Positions 1 to 8,114 of a DNA stretch of 64,000 bases are shown in pieces; the first letter of the stretch is position 1, and the number at the start of each line of letters is the position of its first letter. A model generated the notes under the pieces. The model saw nothing but the letters and a program-made list of their open reading frames with translations. It was not told the origin of the DNA and did no database searches. The DNA is from Christensenellales bacterium (GTDB lineage Bacteria; Bacillota; Clostridia; Christensenellales; CAG-138): assembly GCA_040767925.1 (NCBI GenBank), contig JAXGNN010000001.1:1344921-1408920 (forward strand), written 5' to 3'. The translations under genes and the position numbers were made by a program.

Positions 1-65
1 TCCGCGCCGTCGCGGACGGGATAGAAGCCTATTTCGGAATACCGGCGAAGGACGGCGCGGCCTAA
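1..65 (+). CDS. 3' terminal fragment of an unidentified gene entering from the left edge
   Basis: Frame 3 is open from the window edge to TAA 63-65 (..RAVADGIEAYFGIPAKDGAA*). GC-rich third positions match the neighbouring genes. Too short to name. Confidence 0.25.
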   Translation, partial: RAVADGIEAYFGIPAKDGAA

Positions 66-124
66 GCGCGGCGCGTTTTTCCGCACGCATTTGAAAACTT
101 GCCATGAACTGTTCCGCCGCCGCG

Positions 125-153
125 TTGACGCGCGTTCTGCGCGGCGTTATGAT
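125..153 (+). promoter_or_regulatory. Candidate sigma-A promoter of the SpoIID-like gene
   Basis: TTGACG (125-130), 17 nt, TATGAT (148-153). Confidence 0.35.
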
Positions 154-233
154 AATTTATGTCAAAATCCCCCTAACAAATGATGCCAGGCAAAAGGCCG
201 CTTCGACGCGGCGCATTCGCAGGAAGGGCTCTC

Positions 234-1973
234 ATGAAAGCAAACCGGATTTTGGCGTCCGCGCTCGCGCTGCTGCTGGTTTTTTCCGCGGCGCCGGCGC
301 GCGCCGCCTCGTATCACACGCAGATACGGGTGCTGCTCTCCGTGGGCGCGAAAAGTTCCCTCGCCTTCACGCCGGTTGGGGAATATTACCTCAAGGAAGC
401 GCCGGAGATCGCGCTCAGCGGCGGGGAGCTCACCGTCTCCGCAATCGGCAGCAGGCCGTCCGTCACCGTGGGCGGAAAAACCGTCACCGCGGCGTCGCTC
501 ACCTTCGTCAGCCGCGATTACGGCGGCAGGGGCGCGTACATCCGCCTCGTCAACAGCGAGCACGGCACCTGCACGTATCTGGGCAACCTGACCTTCGATG
601 TGAAAGCCGGCGCGATCCGCGCCGTCAACACCCTTCCCCTCGAGCAGTATCTCTACGGCGTCGTGCCGCACGAGATGAGCAATTCCTTCCCCATGGACGC
701 GCTCAAGGCGCAGGCCGTCTGCGCGCGCAGCTACGCCATGGCGAAGTGCTCGCGCTATACTTCGCGCGATTACGACATCCGCGACACCTCGAGCGACCAG
801 GTCTACTGCGGCTACGCCAGCAAGAACGTCCGCGCCATCGCCGCGGTGGACGCCACGGCCGGGCAGGTGCTCACCTACGGGGGCGATATCATCGAAGCCT
901 TCTATTCCTCCTCCAACGGCGGGCAGACCGAGCGCACGGCGAACGTCTGGTCGGAGGATTATCCTTATTACATCAATCTGGACGACCCCTACGACCTGGC
1001 GAACCCCTCGAGCATGGAATATGCGGCGTTCATCCCCGCGCGCTTCGCGGAGGAAACCGTCCGCGCGATGGACAGGGACGTGTACGCGGCGCTCCTTCGC
1101 GGCGCGTACGAGGCGGCGGGCGAGGAAGTCGCCCTCCTCTCGACCGTGCGGGTCAAGCCGGGCGCACCCCTGTACGACGCGCCGAGCCGCTGCTATACGC
1201 TCGCGGACGTCACGCTGAACGTGAAGAAACAGGACGGGAGCGCTGGGCAGGTCACAGTGACGCTCCCGCTCGACGCGCTCCTCTACGACGAGGCGGAAAA
1301 CACGCTCGGCGCGTTCGGCGCGCGCACGTACACGCTGCGCATGCGCGGCGCGGAGCGCGCGCGGGTCAACATCGGCGGCGCCTTCTATGACGGCTGGAAC
1401 CTCACCATGCGCCGCTACGGGCACGGGGTGGGATTGAGCCAGCGCGGCGCGCAGCAGCGCGCGCGGATGGGGCAAAGCTACGCGGAGATCCTCGCGTTCT
1501 ACTATGCGGATACGACCCTCTCCACGGCGGGCACGTGGGAGAGCGCGCCGCGCATAACAAGCGAAAAATACAAGGTGAAATCCTCCGGCGTGAGCGGGAT
1601 CAAGCTTGGCACGACCCCCGCGGAGCTGATCGGGCGGCTTACGTGCGAGGGCGCGCTCTCGCTCGTCACCGCGCGGGGGGAAGAGAAGGCCGAGGGCGTC
1701 GCCGCGACGGGCAACTATGTGCGCGTCGCCTATGAAGGGGGCAAATGCTTCTTCGACCTGCCCGTCGTGATCTACGGCGACCTCGACGGGGACGGAAGCA
1801 TCGGCGAGAAGGATATCGCGGCGCTCGCCGGGCATTTGATGCGCGCGAGCCTCCTTTCGGGGGCGTATCTCGCGGCGGCGGACGTCAACCACGACGGCGG
1901 CGCGGACGCGCGGGACCTCGTCGCGCTCATCCGGAGCGTCCGGGGCGACGGAACAATCGCGCAGGAGGGGTAA
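234..1973 (+). CDS. SpoIID/LytB-domain protein with C-terminal dockerin-like module
   Basis: ORF 180..1973. Start moved to ATG 234 (AGGAAGGG 5 nt upstream), giving signal peptide MKANRILASALALLLVFSAAPARA. SpoIID blocks LEQYLYGVVPHEM, ALKAQAVCARSYA, SSDQVYCGY, EAFYSSSNGGQTE. The last ~70 aa hold two dockerin-type Ca-binding segments: DLDGDGSIGEKDIAALAGHLM and DVNHDGGADARDLVALIRSV. Confidence 0.85.
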   Translation: MKANRILASALALLLVFSAAPARAASYHTQIRVLLSVGAKSSLAFTPVGEYYLKEAPEIALSGGELTVSAIGSRPSVTVGGKTVTAASLTFVSRDYGGRGAYIRLVNSEHGTCTYLGNLTFDVKAGAIRAVNTLPLEQYLYGVVPHEMSNSFPMDALKAQAVCARSYAMAKCSRYTSRDYDIRDTSSDQVYCGYASKNVRAIAAVDATAGQVLTYGGDIIEAFYSSSNGGQTERTANVWSEDYPYYINLDDPYDLANPSSMEYAAFIPARFAEETVRAMDRDVYAALLRGAYEAAGEEVALLSTVRVKPGAPLYDAPSRCYTLADVTLNVKKQDGSAGQVTVTLPLDALLYDEAENTLGAFGARTYTLRMRGAERARVNIGGAFYDGWNLTMRRYGHGVGLSQRGAQQRARMGQSYAEILAFYYADTTLSTAGTWESAPRITSEKYKVKSSGVSGIKLGTTPAELIGRLTCEGALSLVTARGEEKAEGVAATGNYVRVAYEGGKCFFDLPVVIYGDLDGDGSIGEKDIAALAGHLMRASLLSGAYLAAADVNHDGGADARDLVALIRSVRGDGTIAQEG

Positions 1974-1978
1974 GGAAT

Positions 1979-3220
1979 ATGGGAAGCAAAAGAGAATTTA
2001 CGCGAAGATCGGCGGCGCTTCTTCTGGCGCTGTGCCTGCTTCTTCTTGGCTCCGCGGCGCTTGCGGATATCGAGGCCGAGGCGGATCAAACGGGCGTGCA
2101 GGCCGGGGACGTCCTCGCCGTCACGCTGACCATCACGGGAAAGAACCTCTCGGTGGCGGAAGGGCTCTTTACCTACGACCCCGCGCTCCTCGCCTTCCAG
2201 GAGAGCGACGGAAGCGCGACGGACGGCTTCTTCACCCTCTACTCCGCCGAGAAGAACGGCTCCTCCACGTTGAGCGCGCGCGTCGTGTTCACGGCGCTCG
2301 CCGCGGGCGAGGCGAAAATCACATTCACGCTCGAGACCCTCCTCGACTACAAGGGCAAGGCGCTCGACACGGGCAGCGCGAGCGTCGCCGTCGCGATCGC
2401 CGCGGCTCCCGCCACACCTTCGCCGCCGCCCGTCGACTACGGCGACCCCGCGCGCAGCGTCAAGGCCGAAAACGTCGCCGGCGCGACGGGCGACATGTAC
2501 GTCTGGCGCAGCATCGAGAACGTGACCATCCCCTCGCGCTACGGCGAAGCGGACGTCGTCTACCGCGGCGAAACCGTGAAGGGCGCCGCCGTCAAGGACT
2601 CGGACGCGCCCACGCTCCTCTACCTCTCCGACGCGGCGGGGAACAGCGCGAGCTATTACATCTACGACGCCGAAAGGGACGCGCTCTACCCCTACCGCAC
2701 GATCTCCTCCGTGAGCAAATCCTACATCCTCCTCGAGCCGGACGGGAGCGTTTCCGCGCCCGAGGGCTTCGCGGAGACGACGTTGGAGCTCGACGGCGGC
2801 GCGGTGCGCGCCTGGGTCAGGGAGGACGCGCAGGGCAGCCTCTACCTGCTCTACGCGCGCAACCCCGACGGGGAGACCGGCTTCTACCTCTACAACCTGG
2901 AGGACGCGTCGCTGCAGCGCTTTGCGGTCTTGCCCGCGCGGCCGGCCGTGACGCCGCCCGCGAGCCCCGCGACCCCCGCGCCCGCGACGGAGCCCGTCCC
3001 GCAGGAAACGGCGTTCGTGAAAGACCCCGCGCCGGGAGAGATCGTCCTCCCCCGGGCGCTGTTCTACGCCGTATGCGGCGCGGCGGCGCTGTTCCTCGGC
3101 CTGTTTGTCGCGGGCATCGTCCTGCGCTCCGCGGAGGACGCGCGGCGCAGGAAACGCGCCGCCGAGCGCCGCAGGGCGCGGGAAAAAGCCGAGGAGGAGA
3201 CCCGGCAGATCAGTTCCTAA
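1979..3220 (+). CDS. Membrane-anchored surface protein with N-terminal cohesin-like module
   Basis: ORF 1745..3220. Start at ATG 1979 (AGGAGGGG overlapping the upstream stop) gives a signal peptide. The N-terminal module is beta-rich (GVQAGDVLAVTLTITGKNLSVAEGLFTYDPALLAF..AKITFTLETLLDYKG) and cohesin-like. Pro/Ala linkers follow, then a C-terminal TM helix ALFYAVCGAAALFLGLFVAGIVL and a charged tail. The CDS is firm; the cohesin call is tentative. Confidence 0.6.
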   Translation: MGSKREFTRRSAALLLALCLLLLGSAALADIEAEADQTGVQAGDVLAVTLTITGKNLSVAEGLFTYDPALLAFQESDGSATDGFFTLYSAEKNGSSTLSARVVFTALAAGEAKITFTLETLLDYKGKALDTGSASVAVAIAAAPATPSPPPVDYGDPARSVKAENVAGATGDMYVWRSIENVTIPSRYGEADVVYRGETVKGAAVKDSDAPTLLYLSDAAGNSASYYIYDAERDALYPYRTISSVSKSYILLEPDGSVSAPEGFAETTLELDGGAVRAWVREDAQGSLYLLYARNPDGETGFYLYNLEDASLQRFAVLPARPAVTPPASPATPAPATEPVPQETAFVKDPAPGEIVLPRALFYAVCGAAALFLGLFVAGIVLRSAEDARRRKRAAERRRAREKAEEETRQISS

Positions 3221-3234
3221 CCGTACCAAATATT

Positions 3235-3260
3235 AAAAACCGGCTGCACGCCGGTTTTTT
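3235..3260. terminator. Bidirectional intrinsic terminator between the cohesin-like gene and the XRE gene
   Basis: AAAAACCGGC-TGCAC-GCCGGTTTTTT: 6-bp GC stem flanked by an A-run and a T-run. Confidence 0.7.
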
Positions 3261-3290
3261 GATCGATCCGTTGGGAGCCGCGCTGGGCGT

Positions 3291-3512
3291 TCATTTCTCC
3301 GGCGGCACAAACTCCAGCAAATCTCCGATTTCGCAATTCAGGACCGTGCACATCCGGGCGAGGACGTCGATATCCAGCCTGCTGATGCTGTTGCTGCAAT
3401 AATGGTTGATTTGGGAGCGCTGCATTTCCGCCCTATGACTCAGTTTGTTCTTGCTGATGCCTTCTCTTTCAATCAGTTCGTTCAGCTTGATTTTGATTGT
3501 TCCGTAATCCAT
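3291..3512 (-). CDS. XRE-family (Cro/CI type) helix-turn-helix regulator, 73 aa
   Basis: Only the last 73 codons of ORF 3291..3794 look real: MDYGTIKIKLNELIEREGISKNKLSHRAEMQRSQINHYCSNSISRLDIDVLARMCTVLNCEIGDLLEF. This is the typical HTH_3 pattern. Codon usage is AT-rich, unlike its neighbours. Confidence 0.85.
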   Translation of the reverse strand: MDYGTIKIKLNELIEREGISKNKLSHRAEMQRSQINHYCSNSISRLDIDVLARMCTVLNCEIGDLLEFVPPEK

Positions 3513-3545
3513 TCGGGGGCTTTCTCCTGCTGATGATCCACAACA

Positions 3546-3575
3546 TTGACATACATAGTATGGACTTAGTAGAAT
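3546..3575 (+). promoter_or_regulatory. Strong sigma-A type promoter for the small Spo0A-C-like gene
   Basis: TTGACA (3546-3551), 18 nt, TAGAAT (3570-3575), inside an AT-rich pocket. Confidence 0.5.
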
Positions 3576-3591
3576 CATTATGTAAGTTCTA

Positions 3592-3606
3592 TTATATCTG
3601 ATATAA
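3592..3606. promoter_or_regulatory. Perfect 7-1-7 palindrome, candidate operator
   Basis: TTATATC-T-GATATAA. It lies downstream of the + promoter. On the minus strand it overlaps a TATAAT that could be the -10 of the XRE gene. Confidence 0.4.
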
Positions 3607-3613
3607 CATCTTA

Positions 3614-3625
3614 CACATGCATGTG
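3614..3625. promoter_or_regulatory. Perfect 12-bp palindrome, second candidate operator
   Basis: CACATGCATGTG, immediately 5' of the GGAGG RBS of the 3639 gene. Confidence 0.3.
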
Positions 3626-3638
3626 AGGAGGGGCGCGA

Positions 3639-3848
3639 ATGGGCACCCGGAGGGCGAAAAAGGCGCTGGAGGAGCTTGCCAGGCAAAAGGGCGTGAGCAT
3701 CGGGGCGATACGCCGCGAAATCGAGCGCGCGATCGCGGAGGCGATGAAGAATCCCGACCCGGAGGCGCGGGCGTTCTGGGCCGCCGCGTCCCATTCAGGG
3801 AAAGCTCCGACGCCCGAGGAATTCATCGCCTATCTCGCGCGCAAATAA
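3639..3848 (+). CDS. Small stand-alone protein resembling the C-terminal end of the Spo0A DNA-binding domain
   Basis: 69 aa with GGAGG 8 nt upstream. GVSIGAIRREIERAIAEAM..GKAPTPEEFIAYLARK parallels the Spo0A segment SRVERAIRHAIEVAW..SKAKPTNSEFIAMVADKL, as recalled from memory. Confidence 0.6.
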   Translation: MGTRRAKKALEELARQKGVSIGAIRREIERAIAEAMKNPDPEARAFWAAASHSGKAPTPEEFIAYLARK

Positions 3849-3850
3849 AA

Positions 3851-3872
3851 ACGGATGCCTCTCGCATCCGTT
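3851..3872 (+). terminator. Hairpin after the Spo0A-C-like gene
   Basis: ACGGATGC-CTCTC-GCATCCGT followed by a weak T tract. Confidence 0.4.
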
Positions 3873-3894
3873 CTGTGCCGGACGGATAAGAACA

Positions 3895-3977
3895 GGGCGG
3901 ATATGGAATCCGCCCCTGCAAAATCCCCGCCGAAGCGGCGTTCTTGATTTTCAATTATCCATTGTCAATTGTCAATT
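3895..3977 (-). repeat. Modular intergenic repeat, full copy (locus 1), abutting the noc stop
   Basis: On the + strand: GGGCGGAT-ATGGA-ATCCGCCC, CTGCAAAATCCC, CGCCG-AAG-CGGCG, TTCTTGATTTTCAATTATCCATTGTCAATTGTCAATT. The last heptamer overlaps the TAA of noc (3976-3978). Confidence 0.9.
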
Positions 3978-4815
3978 ACTTATGTCTCGTCACCCGGATG
4001 CTGATGTCCACGCCGTCCTCGCGGTCGGCCTGCTCGACCTCGACCACCATGCCGGATTCGCGCAGCGCCTTCACCGCGTCGTTGATGGTGTTCATGAAGA
4101 TGCGGTAGTCCCGCACGAGGCGGATGATCATGGGCCGGGGCTTCGCGCCGTCGGCTTTTTCATCGTAAAGGCGGTTGAGCGTCTTTTCGACGTACTGCTC
4201 GGTCTCCTTGACCGAAAGCCCCTTCTGGGCGATTTTGTCCACGAGCTCGAGGCGCGCGCGGTCGTCCGCGAGCTTCAGGAGCGCGCGGGCGTGGCGCTCC
4301 GTGAGGCGCGCGTCCACCATGGCGCTCTTCACGTCGTCCGAAAGCTTCAGAAGGCGCAGCTTGTTGGCGATGGAGGACTGGCTTTTGCCGAGCCGCTCCG
4401 CGAGCTGCTCCTGCGTGAGGTTGTAGGTTTCAAGCAGGGACGCGTAGCACTGCGCCTCCTCGAGGAAGTGCAGGTCCTCGCGCTGCAGGTTCTCGATGAG
4501 CGCCATGACCGCCGAGGTCTCGTCCATGATTTCCTGCTGGATGATGCAGCTCACCGTCTCCATCCCGAGGCTCGTCGCCGCGCGCAGGCGGCGCTCCCCC
4601 GCGACCAGCTCGTACTCGTCGCCCACCCGCCTGACGAGCAAAGGCTGCAGCAGGCCCACCTGCCGGATGGACTGCGCGAGCTCCGCGATGCTCTCCTCGT
4701 CGAAGGTTGTCCGGGGTTGATAGGGGTTCGGGCGGATCTTTGCGACGGGCAGCTCCACGAGCAGCTTGACTGCCTCGGGGCTCCTGTTTTCCTTTAAGAA
4801 GTCGAATACGGGCAT
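3976..4815 (-). CDS. noc: Nucleoid occlusion protein Noc (ParB-family paralogue)
   Basis: ParB N-terminal box LLQPLLVRRVGDEYELVAGERRLRAA, HTH QEQLAERLGKSQSSIANKLRLLKL, and a Noc-type C-terminus RDYRIFMNTINDAVKAL. Sits directly downstream of rsmG as in Bacillus. GGGAGGA RBS. Confidence 0.85.
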   Translation of the reverse strand: MPVFDFLKENRSPEAVKLLVELPVAKIRPNPYQPRTTFDEESIAELAQSIRQVGLLQPLLVRRVGDEYELVAGERRLRAATSLGMETVSCIIQQEIMDETSAVMALIENLQREDLHFLEEAQCYASLLETYNLTQEQLAERLGKSQSSIANKLRLLKLSDDVKSAMVDARLTERHARALLKLADDRARLELVDKIAQKGLSVKETEQYVEKTLNRLYDEKADGAKPRPMIIRLVRDYRIFMNTINDAVKALRESGMVVEVEQADREDGVDISIRVTRHK

Positions 4816-4923
4816 ATGTGCGTCCTCCCTGATTGCGTGTTCTCCAACGGCCGTGATATTCCTGCCCTGCGGCGATATTCGCGCTTTTTCCCGAAAAGAA
4901 GTGATTTTCTTTTTCCGCGGCGC

Positions 4924-5610
4924 TCACAGGGGATTTTTCGCGGCGGCTCCCGCCTTTCGCGGATATTCCTTCGGCGTGGGCGCAAGCTTTTTCGCCTCGA
5001 TCACATGGCGCTCGCCCCACGGAACTTCAAATTTGAGCGTCTGCGCCTCGAGGCGCAGAATCTTCGCGGCGCGCGCGGCCGACGCGAGTTCCTCGTCCGC
5101 CTTCGGCCCTTTGTACATGAGGGAAACGCCGCCTGTTTTCAGGAGGGGCGCCGTCCACTCCATCAGGGCGGACGCTCCCGCGACCGCGCGCGTGAGGGCA
5201 ACGTCGTATTGCCCGCGGTGCGCGGGGTCCCGCCCCGCGTCCTCCGCCCGCGCGTGCACGAGCGCCGCCTGAAGGTTCAATTCCTCCAGCAGGGCCTTTA
5301 GGAAAACGAGGCGCTTATTGAGCGAGTCGAGCAGCGTCATCGAGAGGTCGCCCCGCATGATGAGCAGGGGCACGCCCGGGAAGCCCGCGCCCGTGCCCAC
5401 GTCGATGCAGCGCGCGCCCTCTTTGACGCGCGCCACGGGCAAAAGGCTGTCCGCGAAGTGCTTGGCGACAACTTCCTCCGCGCCCGTGATGGCGGTGAGG
5501 TTCATCCTTTCGTTCCAGGCGGCGAGCAGCGTGAAGTAGCGCGCGAATTTTCCAATTTGCGCCCCGTCCGCCTCCGGTATGTATCGATGGATCAGGCCTT
5601 CTATCTCCAT
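4924..5610 (-). CDS. rsmG: 16S rRNA (guanine527-N7)-methyltransferase RsmG/GidB
   Basis: WNERMNLTAI, KHFADSL, DVGTGAGFPGVPL motifs. Synteny mnmG-rsmG-noc. Confidence 0.93.
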   Translation of the reverse strand: MEIEGLIHRYIPEADGAQIGKFARYFTLLAAWNERMNLTAITGAEEVVAKHFADSLLPVARVKEGARCIDVGTGAGFPGVPLLIMRGDLSMTLLDSLNKRLVFLKALLEELNLQAALVHARAEDAGRDPAHRGQYDVALTRAVAGASALMEWTAPLLKTGGVSLMYKGPKADEELASAARAAKILRLEAQTLKFEVPWGERHVIEAKKLAPTPKEYPRKAGAAAKNPL

Positions 5611-5668
5611 TTCGTCAATTCCGCATTTCCTATATTGTTTTTCGGGGAAGGGACGCCGGCGGTTTCGC

Positions 5669-5689
5669 GGGCGGATATGGAATCCGCCC
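5669..5689 (-). repeat. Solo hairpin module of the repeat family (locus 2)
   Basis: GGGCGGAT-ATGGA-ATCCGCCC. Confidence 0.85.
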
Positions 5690-5841
5690 TGCTGTCCCCG
5701 ACAAGGCGGAGAGAGGCGTCCTTAAGGGTTCCGGGAACGGTCCCACCCTTTCCCCTTCCTTCATCGCCCCATGCAGCGTTCTGTACGGCGCGCCCACATC
5801 GCCCTCCTGCCCGCGGAACCGTCCCCGGGCGCGGATTCCCT

Positions 5842-5955
5842 CCCGCGGCGGCGTTCCCCGATTGTCAATTGTCAATTCTCAATTGTCAATTTCCCCTTCC
5901 CGCCCGCGGCGGCGTTCCCCGATTGTCAATTGTCAATTCTCAATTGTCATTTTCC
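5842..5955 (-). repeat. Two tandem 61-bp copies of the heptamer module (subfamily 2), overlapping the mnmG 3' end
   Basis: CCGCGGCGGCGTTCCCCGATTGTCAATTGTCAATTCTCAATTGTCA occurs twice (period 61: 5860 and 5921). Confidence 0.9.
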
Positions 5956-7819
5956 TCAAGTAAATCGTCAGCACCGCGATGTCCGAAGGCGACACGCCCG
6001 AGATGCGCCCCGCGCGGCCGAGGCTCTCGGGCTTCCTTGCCGCGAGCTTCTGGCGCGCCTCAAGGCGCAAGCCTTCCATCGCCATGTAGTCGAGGTCCGG
6101 GGGGAGGGGGGTGTCCTCCAGCTCGCGAAAGCGGCCGACGAGCGCCTTCTCCTTCTCGATGTAGCCCTCGTAGCGCGCGTCGAGCGTGACGGCCTCCGCC
6201 GCCTCGCGGCCGATGTTCGGCAGAAGATCCGGATAGAGCGCGAGGAGGTCCGTGTAGCCGACGCCGCGCCTTCGAAGCAGATCGAACAGCCTGACGCCCG
6301 AGGCGGGCGCGGACTCGCCCCGCGCCTCGAGCAGCCGCCGCAGCGCCTCCCCGGGCGCGACGGACGCGCCGAGCGCGGCCTTCGCCCGGGCGGCCTCCTC
6401 CCGCTTTCGCATCAGGCGGGAATAGCGCTCGTCGGAAACAAGCCCCGTCCGCCTGGAAAGCTCGGTCAGCCGCTCGTCCGCGTTGTCCTGCCGGAGCAGC
6501 AGCCGGTATTCCGCGCGGGAGGTCATCATCCGGTAGGGTTCGTTGGTGCCTTTGCCCGTGAGGTCGTCGCACAGCACGCCGATGTACGCGTCCGCGCGCG
6601 AGAGGAGAAGGGGCGGCTCGCCCCGAAGGTACAGGGCGGCGTTGATCCCCGCGTAAAGCCCCTGCGCCGCGGCCTCCTCATAGCCGGAGCTGCCGTTGAT
6701 CTGCCCCGCGAAGTAAAGGCCCTCTATCTCGCGGGAACGAAGCGCAGCGTCGAGCGCCGTGGGGTCGATGCAGTCGTACTCGATGGCGTAGCCGTAGCGC
6801 GTGACCTGGCAACGTTCAAGCCCTGGTATCGTATGGAGCATGTCCCTCTGCACGTCGGCGGGGAGCGAGGTGCTCATGCCCTGCACGTATTTCTCGTCGG
6901 TCGAGCGCCCTTCCGGCTCGATGAAGAGCTGGTGGCGCTCCTTGTCGGCGAAACGGGTGATCTTATCCTCGATGGAGGGGCAGTAGCGCGTGCCCGTCGC
7001 GCGGATGAGGCCGGAGTACATGGCGCTGCGCGCGATATTCGCGCGGATGACCGCGTGGGTCGCCTCGTTCGTATAGGTGAGGTAGCACGGGACCTGCTCC
7101 CGTTCAAGCTCCCCCGTGAGGAAGGAGAAGCGCGGCTGCGGCTCGTCCCCGAACTGCGGCTCCATTTTTGCATAATCGAGCGTGCGGCCGAGCACGCGCG
7201 CAGGCGTGCCCGTCTTGAAGCGGCGAAGCGCGAAGCCGATCTTTGCGAGCGCCGCGGAAAGCCCTTCCGCGCGCATCAGGCCGGAGGGCCCGCTCTCCCA
7301 TACGCAATCGCCGATGAGCACGCGGCTCTTTAAATACACGCCCGTCGCGACGACGACGGCGCGGCAGGGGATCCTCTCCCCCGCGCTCTTCATGCCGCCC
7401 GAGAGGCGTATGCCGATGACGCGGCCGTTTTCCACGTCGATATGGGCGCACTCGCCCTGCATCAGGGTCAGGCGCTCCTCGGTTTCGAGCGCGCGCTTCA
7501 TGCGCGCGTGATATTCCCGCTTGTCGATCTGCGCGCGAAGGGAGTGCACGGCGGGGCCCTTGCCCGTGTTGAGCATGCGCACCTGAAGGCAGGTGTCGTC
7601 CGCGGCGAGGCCCATCTCGCCGCCGAGCGCGTCGATTTCGCGCACGAGGTGCCCCTTCGACGTGCCGCCCACCGAGGGGTTGCACGCCATGAGGGCGACC
7701 GCGTCGAGGTTGAGCGTCAGGCACAGCGCAGTAAGCCCCATGCGCGATGCGGCAAGCGCGGCCTCAAGCCCTGCGTGCCCTGCTCCCAGTATCGCGATGT
7801 CGTATCCCGTTTCCGCCAC
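5933..7819 (-). CDS. mnmG: tRNA uridine-5-carboxymethylaminomethyl modification enzyme MnmG/GidA
   Basis: GTG start with GGAGGG RBS. FAD motif YDIAILGAGHAGLEAA; CNPSVGG, GQINGSSGYEEAAAQG. The last 5 codons (MTIEN) and the TGA lie inside the repeat. Confidence 0.95.
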   Translation of the reverse strand: MAETGYDIAILGAGHAGLEAALAASRMGLTALCLTLNLDAVALMACNPSVGGTSKGHLVREIDALGGEMGLAADDTCLQVRMLNTGKGPAVHSLRAQIDKREYHARMKRALETEERLTLMQGECAHIDVENGRVIGIRLSGGMKSAGERIPCRAVVVATGVYLKSRVLIGDCVWESGPSGLMRAEGLSAALAKIGFALRRFKTGTPARVLGRTLDYAKMEPQFGDEPQPRFSFLTGELEREQVPCYLTYTNEATHAVIRANIARSAMYSGLIRATGTRYCPSIEDKITRFADKERHQLFIEPEGRSTDEKYVQGMSTSLPADVQRDMLHTIPGLERCQVTRYGYAIEYDCIDPTALDAALRSREIEGLYFAGQINGSSGYEEAAAQGLYAGINAALYLRGEPPLLLSRADAYIGVLCDDLTGKGTNEPYRMMTSRAEYRLLLRQDNADERLTELSRRTGLVSDERYSRLMRKREEAARAKAALGASVAPGEALRRLLEARGESAPASGVRLFDLLRRRGVGYTDLLALYPDLLPNIGREAAEAVTLDARYEGYIEKEKALVGRFRELEDTPLPPDLDYMAMEGLRLEARQKLAARKPESLGRAGRISGVSPSDIAVLTIYLRKMTIEN

Positions 7820-8022
7820 AGCCTCAATCCCTCCGATGAACGCAAGGTCGATTATACCAAAACCGGAAGCATCTTGAAAGGGGGTATTTCCCGTTAGGAG
7901 AATTATTTCCCAAAGAACGGATTTCTACCCTCCCGCGCGCGGAACTTGCGTCAAGATTGTGGAAAATTTCCCCAGAAACAGGCATATTTCGCGCGGATCG
8001 CGCCGATTTGCGCAGGACCGCT

Positions 8023-8051
8023 TTACAGGAGGGCCATGCGTCTGTATAATG
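8023..8051 (+). promoter_or_regulatory. Candidate sigma-A promoter of the DMT transporter gene
   Basis: TTTACA (8023-8028), 17 nt, TATAAT (8046-8051). Confidence 0.45.
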
Positions 8052-8114
8052 AGTTGCTGTGAACCGCGCAGAACGCGCGCGCTTCTAGAAATTCTTAGAC
8101 AGGCGGAAAAGAAT

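Noticed and set aside
104-1892. Long overlapping ORFs such as 104..1390(+), 162..1892(-), and elsewhere 38101..39738(-), 42298..44091(+), 48888..50714(-), 52107..53972(+).
   Set aside because: They are Arg/Ala/Gly/Pro-rich low-complexity translations in alternative frames or antisense to genes with clear family motifs. This is typical of stop-codon-poor high-GC DNA. They have no RBS and no recognisable domains.
3513-3794. The 167-aa version of the XRE ORF (3291..3794).
   Set aside because: The N-terminal 94 residues run antisense through the promoter region and the 3639 gene and are Arg/Pro-rich. The HTH domain starts at the internal Met (3512).
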